Assembly (NCBI RefSeq): GCF_035594765.1
Contig: NC_085843.1
Coordinates: forward strand, 210,963,971-211,027,970
Source: Anolis carolinensis
Lineage: Eukaryota
Length of the DNA: 64,000 bases
Direction of reading: 5' to 3'
The translations under genes and the position numbers were made by a program. The stretch's first letter is position 1. The number at the start of each line of letters is the position of its first letter. Under the pieces are notes generated by a model, which ran no database searches, was not told the origin of the DNA, and saw nothing but the letters and a program-made list of their open reading frames with translations. Below are positions 55,746 through 64,000 of the stretch, piece by piece.

Positions 55746-56890
55746 TATGCTGGGACCTTCCGTCCAATCACATCTGGAGAAACACGAGTTCCACCCCAAG
55801 CTTTTGATTTTCACTCAGATGTTCTATTAGCATTCCTACTCACACGTGACCACAATAAGACTTCAAAAATTAAAATGCAATACAATGAGCTCTTGGTATC
55901 TGCTGTGGCTCGGTTTCAGGAATGCTTGTAGATACCAAAATCCAGGGATGCTCAAATCTCATTATATACATTAGTGTACGAAAATAACATCCCTAACATA
56001 AAATGGCAAAATGGGGGGGGGGATATTTTTAGGAGAGCGGTGCCTATTTTTAAGCAGTGGATGCAAAATCCGTGGATATGGAACACAGAAAGGTTAAAAA
56101 CATACAAGCAACAGTACAACAAATGCTGTACACCCATGGAGTCCCAAGTTAAATATTTTATATCTGTAATTTAAAATGATCTCTTTTGGCATAGCTGAAA
56201 ACGATTTGTTCCTAAGGCCTTAGGAAACCTACTAATCAGACAAAACAAGCAATGCTAGCCAGGTGGACCAATAGTCTTACTGTGTATTGTCGGAATATGT
56301 ACAGTCACAAATACATAAAAATACCAAGACTTGATTATTTGTTGTTTTACACTCCAATCACTGGTAACTTACATACAATTATTAAAGGACAGACCATCTC
56401 ACTACTGCTTATCTGGAATTCCAAAATACACCAAAATAAAAACATGTTCACATAAGTGGTTGCAATAGTGAAGCATTTTGGATAAGGGATACTATATCTG
56501 TATTGTTACAACAATAGACCAAAAGAATACCAAGAGTTGTGACTTAACTGTGTACACAAGCAAGGCTTGTTAATTTTTAACTTTATGCTTCGTTTGCATA
56601 ACCTTACAAATACACACATTTTAACTGCAAATTTCAGGTACAGAAGTCAATCAATTCCAACTTAATGGGACACTATTCCACAGCACTTGGGAGACTACAA
56701 TTCACAGACGAAAAATAAATTAATTTCACTATGAATCAGACATTCAATGGCTCACTTTGCCAAATATATCAATGATCTCACATATTTTGTCAACTGCCTT
56801 AAAAATATATTATTTGAATAAAATCTTTCTGATGCTTGTATCTAGAGATAAAAATACAATTGCACTGTCATTTACATATTAATGCATATA

Positions 56891-57233
56891 CAGTGTTCCC
56901 TCACTTATTGCGGAGGTTATGTTCCAGGACCACCTGCAATAAGTGAAAATCTGCAAAGTAGGGACACTATATTTATTTTAATATTTATACATTATTTTAG
57001 TAGTTACACACTATTTTAAGTCTTTATCAACCAATCGTGTGTTGATAAATCGCCACCTCCTCCTCCTGTTGCCGCTTGGGCTCCTTGTCTCTCCCTTCAG
57101 CTTCTCCTTCCTCCCTTCCTTAGGCTGTAAATTGTAATTTTTTATTATTTAGAATACTCTTTTAGAGTTTATTGAAAAACCTCAAAACAGCGAATGCACA
57201 AAAAGTGAACCGCAAAGTAGTGAAGGAACACTG
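56891..57233. mobile_element. Tigger/pogo-like MITE
   Basis: TIR CAGTGTTCC(C/T)TCACT, TA TSD. Confidence 0.75.
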
Positions 57234-59699
57234 TACACTTTTCTTACAAAGTAATAACACTGTTAGGGAAAAATGCAACCCCCACTAACTAAAATTGCTC
57301 CTCATACTAGGTTATGTATCTTACCATGCTTACTGTGAAAGAAATTGTAATGCATGTAGATGTTTACTTCCAAGAAAACATCTTCTGTTAATCTGATATT
57401 TGAACTCCAGAATAAGTATTACTTTCATGGTCTAACAATGCCCCCTTCACTTCAAAAATGACATTTTACACATACTACACAGAACTTACTACATGATATA
57501 AATTATGTATATGAAGTAAAGACTTTGTTAATTTAAAACCAAAGTCCAATACATTGAAGGTAAATTAATTTACATAATTTCTAGGTTTTTATCCAGTTCC
57601 ACTGAAAACAACTGAATGGGATTTATAATATAATTAAGAGCAAGTTTTTTTCTGAATACATTTCTCTGTGTTTAACTTCACAGTAAGCCAAGACAGGACT
57701 CCAATTATTTATTTTTATTGTCTCAATTTGACTTTCATATTCACATACACATCACATAAAGTCTTGCTCCCACAGTCCCATGAAATTAAAGTGGAAAGCA
57801 TTTTTTCTGAAAAGGCAAAAAGTGAACTATTTCCAAACTACATTTGAGGAAATGTCAACATCACAGCAGTTAAAATCTCCAGGCAATTAATTCCAGAAAT
57901 ATAATTCTGAAATAGACCTATAGATTAATAAATAAAATATTTAAATTATCTTTCATTTCTTTAGCAATTTTATTTTTTCATTCACTACCAATTAATACAC
58001 GATGTCTGTATATTATTTAATGTAAGTGTCAGAACTAAAAAAAACTATTGCTGAACAACTCATTTGCATTAGTTTACCTAATCTAGCAGCATAACCCTAG
58101 CTATTTTTACTCAGAAGTAAATCCATCCAAATTAATGTCCCATGCAGTCAAATCATACATATTTTGAACGGAAAAAGTAATTTTCATTTTTATCTAAAAC
58201 ATACTTTTTAAACCTTCTTGATCAAGTATTGAAAATTCTATCATAGATATAATCACTATTCTTACAAAAATAATTTAATAACTTTTATTCACTTGTGAAG
58301 TCATCTCTCATATCATCCCAGTCCACTGAGTACAGATGAACCAACTTTAGAGTCAAAAACATGACTGTATGGCAAATACGAGAAACCAATAAGTAAACTA
58401 AATTCAGAATTTTAACAAGTTAATCCTTCCCCTTTTAGAGGAATATGTACCCGTTGACAAAAAGAATATTAGAAAAAAACAGCTGGTGTTATATTATGTA
58501 GCTATTAACAAAAAATACCTAATTAGAGGGGGGTGGGGAACAGTTGCTATACCTAAGTGTCAAAGATGGGAGAAGCTATCAAATGGTATAAGGCTGTTCT
58601 GCATGCAATTCTGAACAGGTAAATTTCCCAGTATTGAAACCTAGAACAAATGGATATTCTTCTTTCACAGAATCTTAGCATTTTCCAAAAATACCTATGA
58701 ATTACATATTTCATTACTTATTCTAGTTATTAACCTGTTAACTGACAAAACGTCCTTTGCTTTCAATTAGTAGTCCCTACGTGTTCGAAATATCATTTAA
58801 GACAGTGACATCACTACTATACTACACTATACTAAACCAATTTCTGCTGGACAGATAATATAATTCAAGAGAGCCAACCCCACGCTTTAAACTTTTAAAG
58901 CATAGAGTTTAAGACATATTAATGTCATGCCTATATTATTTTAAAATGTCATGGAGGATCAACTTCCTGTTTTAGTTGTTAGGGGTATTATTATTCACCT
59001 AATAATCAAATACATGTACTACATGGATTTTTAAATACATAATCTTTCATCCATACATATTTTAAGTCGTTCCCACATCAGCAGACACAAAGAACCTATG
59101 CCCATGCGTACACTGGCTACACTTCCAGCACTACATTTATAAAAAAATACAGTAAATTCTTCCGAAGACATCAAAACATACCATCAAACTCAGAAAATTA
59201 AAACTTTCATTGCAACAGAGATGCTAGGTTGTACTTGATCTTTGGATGAAAAAGTTTTGTATTCAAGTCAAATTAACTTTCCAGATTCCACCACTTAACA
59301 AGAAAATACATTTTAAAATCTTATCTGAGCCTCAATAGGTACATTATTTCAGAAAGACATGAACATTCACAAAAGTATGGCAAAGACAATCCATTGTCTA
59401 ATCTCAAATCAACAGCAGTATCTTGGCAATCATTTGCAGCCTATAAAATATACTCTGATCTACATGACACTATTTAGTATCAAGTAACTACTGAGGTATC
59501 CGATTGCACAAAATGCCAAATCTTACTACCGTCAATACCCATGGTTGTATCTTCCCACCCACAATCAGCGGCCAGGAAATGAGGACTATGCAAACTGACC
59601 TATAGTGTGCATTTTTCTATACCACAATAAGAAAACATTTTCCCGAAGACAAAGGCATTGTGGTGCACCTATATCTTTTGTCACTGTGACCGATAAAAA

Positions 59700-59734
<35 letters not shown>

Positions 59735-60134
59735 TACAATTGCCATCATAAATACTGCCGCAGCAGATTATCCGAGAGTTACGGAAAAGAAACATATTAG
59801 ATAATAGCTGCAGGATTCTGATGCAACAGCTGTACGTGCACAACTGATTTCCACTGGCATTTCATTTCTACCTTCCCTGTGCCAGGCCTAGGCCTCAGCC
59901 TGCCAGAGTCTCTCGCTTCGGCAAATCAGCAGAGGAGGGAAATCACAACCACTTTTCAACAAGAAACATGGGGCTGGGAAAAGGAACCAAAGCAGCAGGG
60001 GCCTTAAGATTGGGGGTAAGGAGAGTGCAGGGTACATCTATATTGCAGAAGGAAACCAATGACTACAACTGCCATGGCTTAAGGCTGTGCAACCAGGGGC
60101 GTCACAGTTTGCACTCTTTGGCAGAGAAGGCTAA

Positions 60135-62640
60135 GGGCCCTTCCACGAAGCCATATAACCCAGATTATCAATGCAGATAATCCATATCTACTTTGAACTC
60201 AGTAATCTCAGTCCATGCTACCATACAATCTAGTTCAATGTGGAGTTTATACAGCTGTGTAGAAGGGGCCTAAAGAGACCTTGGCCCCTTCCATAGCTGT
60301 ATAAAATCCACATTCAACTGGATTATATGGCAATGTGGACTCAGGGCCCTTCCTCACAGCCATATAACCCAGAATATCAAGACAGATAATCCACAATATC
60401 TGCTTTGAACTGGATTATCTGAGTCCACACTGCCATATAATTTGGTTCAATGCTGATTCTATATAGCTGCGTGGAAGATAATCTAGTTCAAAGCAGATAT
60501 TGTGGATTATCTCTCTTGACATTCTGGGTTATATGGCTGTGTAGAATGACGACTCCCATGAATTCAGGTGTCAGGCTGCACTCATTCCACAAGGTAGATG
60601 CACCCTGCCCTGACTCAACGGTATGGTATCCTAGGTGTAGTTTAGCAAGGTAGTCTTCGGAAAGCGAAAGACACTGTAAAACTACAACTCCTATGAGCTA
60701 TTGAGGTGAAAAGCGGTTTCACACCATCCTCCTTCTACAGTGCAGATGCAACCCGAGCCATAGAATGCTCCGATTGGTAGTGAGGCACCATAGAAAGCCT
60801 TGGGGTCTTCCACACAGCCATAACCCAGAATATCAAGGCAGAATAATCCACAATATCTGTTTTGAACTGGGTTATCTAAATTCACACTGCCATATAATCC
60901 AGTTCAATGTGGATTTTATACAGCTGTATAGAAAGGGCCCTTGTGAAACTTCACCTTCACAGGAACCGGGGGGGTGGGGGGGGGGGGTGGAAAAGCGGGA
61001 TCAAACTGAATACTGATGCAGAGAGACTAGGAGCCCTTCCACACAGCCACATAGCCCAGAATAGCAAGGAAGATAATCCACAATAACTGCTTCGAACTGG
61101 GGGCTCTTCCACACAGCTGAATAAAATCCCACAATATCTGCTTTGAACTGGAATATATAGCAATGTGGACCCGGGGCCCTTCCACACAGCCATATAACCC
61201 AGAATGTCAAGGCAGAAATTCCCACAATGTCTGCTTTGAACTGGGTTCTCCGAGTCCACAATACCATATATTCTAGTTCAAAGCAGATATTGTGGTATTT
61301 TCTGTCTTGATATTCTGGGATATATGGCTGTGTGGAAGGGCCTTGAGTCAGCCTACTCATCCATCTAGTCTGGTGGTTCTCTGGCTCCTTTGACAGGCCC
61401 TTCCACCCAGCCATATCAAGGAAGAAAATCCTACAATATCTGCTTTGAACTGGGTTATCTGAGTCCACACTGCCATACATTCCAGTTCAAGCAAAACATG
61501 TGGGATTTTATTCAGCTGTGTGGAAGGGGCCTCAGATAACCCAGTTCAAAGCAGATATTGTGGGATTTTCTGCCTTGATATTCTGGAATGCAGGGCTGTG
61601 TGAAAAGGCCCCTGGGTTATCTGAGGACCCTTCCACATAATCATATAATCCAGAATATCAAGTCAGATAACCCACAATATTTGCTTTCAACTGGGGGCTA
61701 TCTGAGATTATCTGAATTATCTGCCTTGCTATTCTGGGCTATATTGCTGTGTGGAAGGGCCCCTAGTCTCTCTGCATCAGTATGCAGTTTGACCCCACTT
61801 TTGCAACCCACCCAGGCTCCTGGGAAGGTGAAGTTTCACAAGGGCCCCTTCCACACAGCTGTATGAAACCCACACTGAACTGGATAATATGGTGGCGGTG
61901 TGGACTCAGGTAACCCAGGGGCCCTTCCACACAGCCATATAACCCAGAATATCTGCTTTGAATTGGATAAACTGAATTGACACTGACATACAACCCAGTT
62001 CAAAGCAGATAATGTGGGGTTTTCTGCCTTGATATTCTGGAATACAGGGTTGTGTGGAAGGGTCCTGAGCTATCTGAGGGCCCTTCCACACAGCCCTGTT
62101 TTCCAGAATATCAAGGCAGAAAATCCCATATTATCTGCTTTAAACTGGGTTACCCGAGGACCCTTCCACATAGTCATATAATCCAGAATATCAAGGCAAA
62201 TAACCCACAATATCTGCTTTGAATATCTGAGGTCCCTTCCACACCACTGAATAAAATCCCACATTATCTGCTATTGTAGGATGTTCTGCCTTGATATTCT
62301 GGGTTATATGGCTGTGTGGAAGGGCCCTGAGTTCACATTGCCATATAACCCAGTTCAAAGCAGATAATGTGGGATTTTCTGCCTTGATATCCTGGAATAC
62401 TGGGCTGTGTGGATGGGCCCTGAGCTATCTAAGGGCCCTTCCACACAGTCATATAATCCAGAATATCAAGGCAGATAACCCACAATATCTGCTTTGAATA
62501 TCTGAGTCCATACTGCCATATAACCCAGTTCAAAGAAGATAATGTGGGATTTTATACAGCTGTATGGAAAGGGCCTGGGTCCACACTGCCATATAACCCA
62601 GTTCAACGTGAATTTGACACAGATGTGTGGAAGGCGCCTC
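60135..62640. mobile_element. Cluster of nested, tandem and inverted PIF/Harbinger-type MITEs (~135-bp unit)
   Basis: TIR GGGCCC(C)TTCCACACAGC recurring more than 20 times in both orientations; first unit 60135-60270 has TAA TSD. Confidence 0.75.
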
Positions 62641-62654
62641 AGGACGGAGGATCA

Positions 62655-63432
<778 letters not shown>

Positions 63433-63506
63433 TCCTGCCTTCCTGCCTCCCTTCCTTCCTTCTTCTTTGCCTTCTGCCTTCTCCCGCGCGCACGCGCAGT
63501 CGATCC

Positions 63507-63550
<44 letters not shown>

Positions 63551-63689
63551 GCGCGCGCACACTCACGAGCCTCCTCTCCTCCTCCCCCCTCCCTTCTTCT
63601 CTGTCTCCGAGCGGCTGTTCCTTCCAACGTTAACCACCCCCCTTTTTTTTTCTTTCTTTCTCTTTTTCTTCTTCTTCTCCTTCAAAGCC

Positions 63690-63734
63690 TCACTTGTGCA
63701 GCTCCGAGCCCCAGCTCCAACCGCCAACCATCAT
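63690..63734 (-). promoter_or_regulatory. uORF2 MMVGGWSWGSELHK*
   Basis: GCAGCC-ATG-ATG-G, good Kozak context, TGA at 63692-63690. Confidence 0.6.
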
Positions 63735-63886
63735 GGCTGCAGCTTCCGAAAAGAGAAAGACAGCGAGAGAGGGAAAAGGGAAGCAGCAAGAGAGGGAAAA
63801 AGGGAGGGGGGGGGGAGAGAAAAAGGAACAGCGCCGAAAGAGAGAGAAAAAAGTCAGGGTGTACGTATCACGCCGCTCTTGATTGG

Positions 63887-63931
63887 TCAGCTCCCTCCGC
63901 CGCTGGCGAAAAAAGGAGTCCGCTGCCACAT
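63887..63931 (-). promoter_or_regulatory. uORF1 MWQRTPFFASGGGS*
   Basis: GGCGGTG-ATG-TGG at 63931, TGA at 63889-63887; requires a TSS upstream of 63931. Confidence 0.5.
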
Positions 63932-64000
63932 CACCGCCTCCTGAAATCTCTTCCCTCGACTTTCCCCCCCGCTTTGCTTTCTTTCCCAAGGTCTCCCTCT

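Noticed and set aside
60135-62640. CRISPR-like or satellite array
   Set aside because: Eukaryotic locus; units occur in both orientations with TIRs and TAA TSD and lack regular unique spacers

Overview
Vertebrate genomic DNA, from a squamate lizard and probably Anolis-like, judged from Sauria SINEs, 5S-derived SINEs, L2/CR1/RTE LINEs, Penelope remnants, Helitrons and many MITEs. The window holds the 5' part of PTEN on the minus strand: a CpG island with a long 5' leader (~62620-64000) and coding exons 1-7 (79/85/45/44/239/142/167 nt, 267 codons). Exons 8-9 lie off the left edge, and intron 1 is U12-type. Most notable observations: (1) a near-intact L2 LINE in intron 5 whose ORF1 and AUG-less ORF2 share one frame, separated by a single TGA in a TGA-CTA readthrough context; (2) a ~2.15 kb near-perfect palindrome of Helitron 5' halves, joined head-to-tail (CTAG|TC) to a Helitron 3' end; (3) a 211-codon stop-free in-frame extension upstream of the PTEN ATG with PTEN-Long-like motifs; (4) upstream AUG motifs resembling both ends of the human MP31 uORF but not encoding that peptide; (5) a dense PIF/Harbinger MITE pile-up next to the U12 donor. 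Comparisons with human sequences and repeat families are from memory and need alignment.
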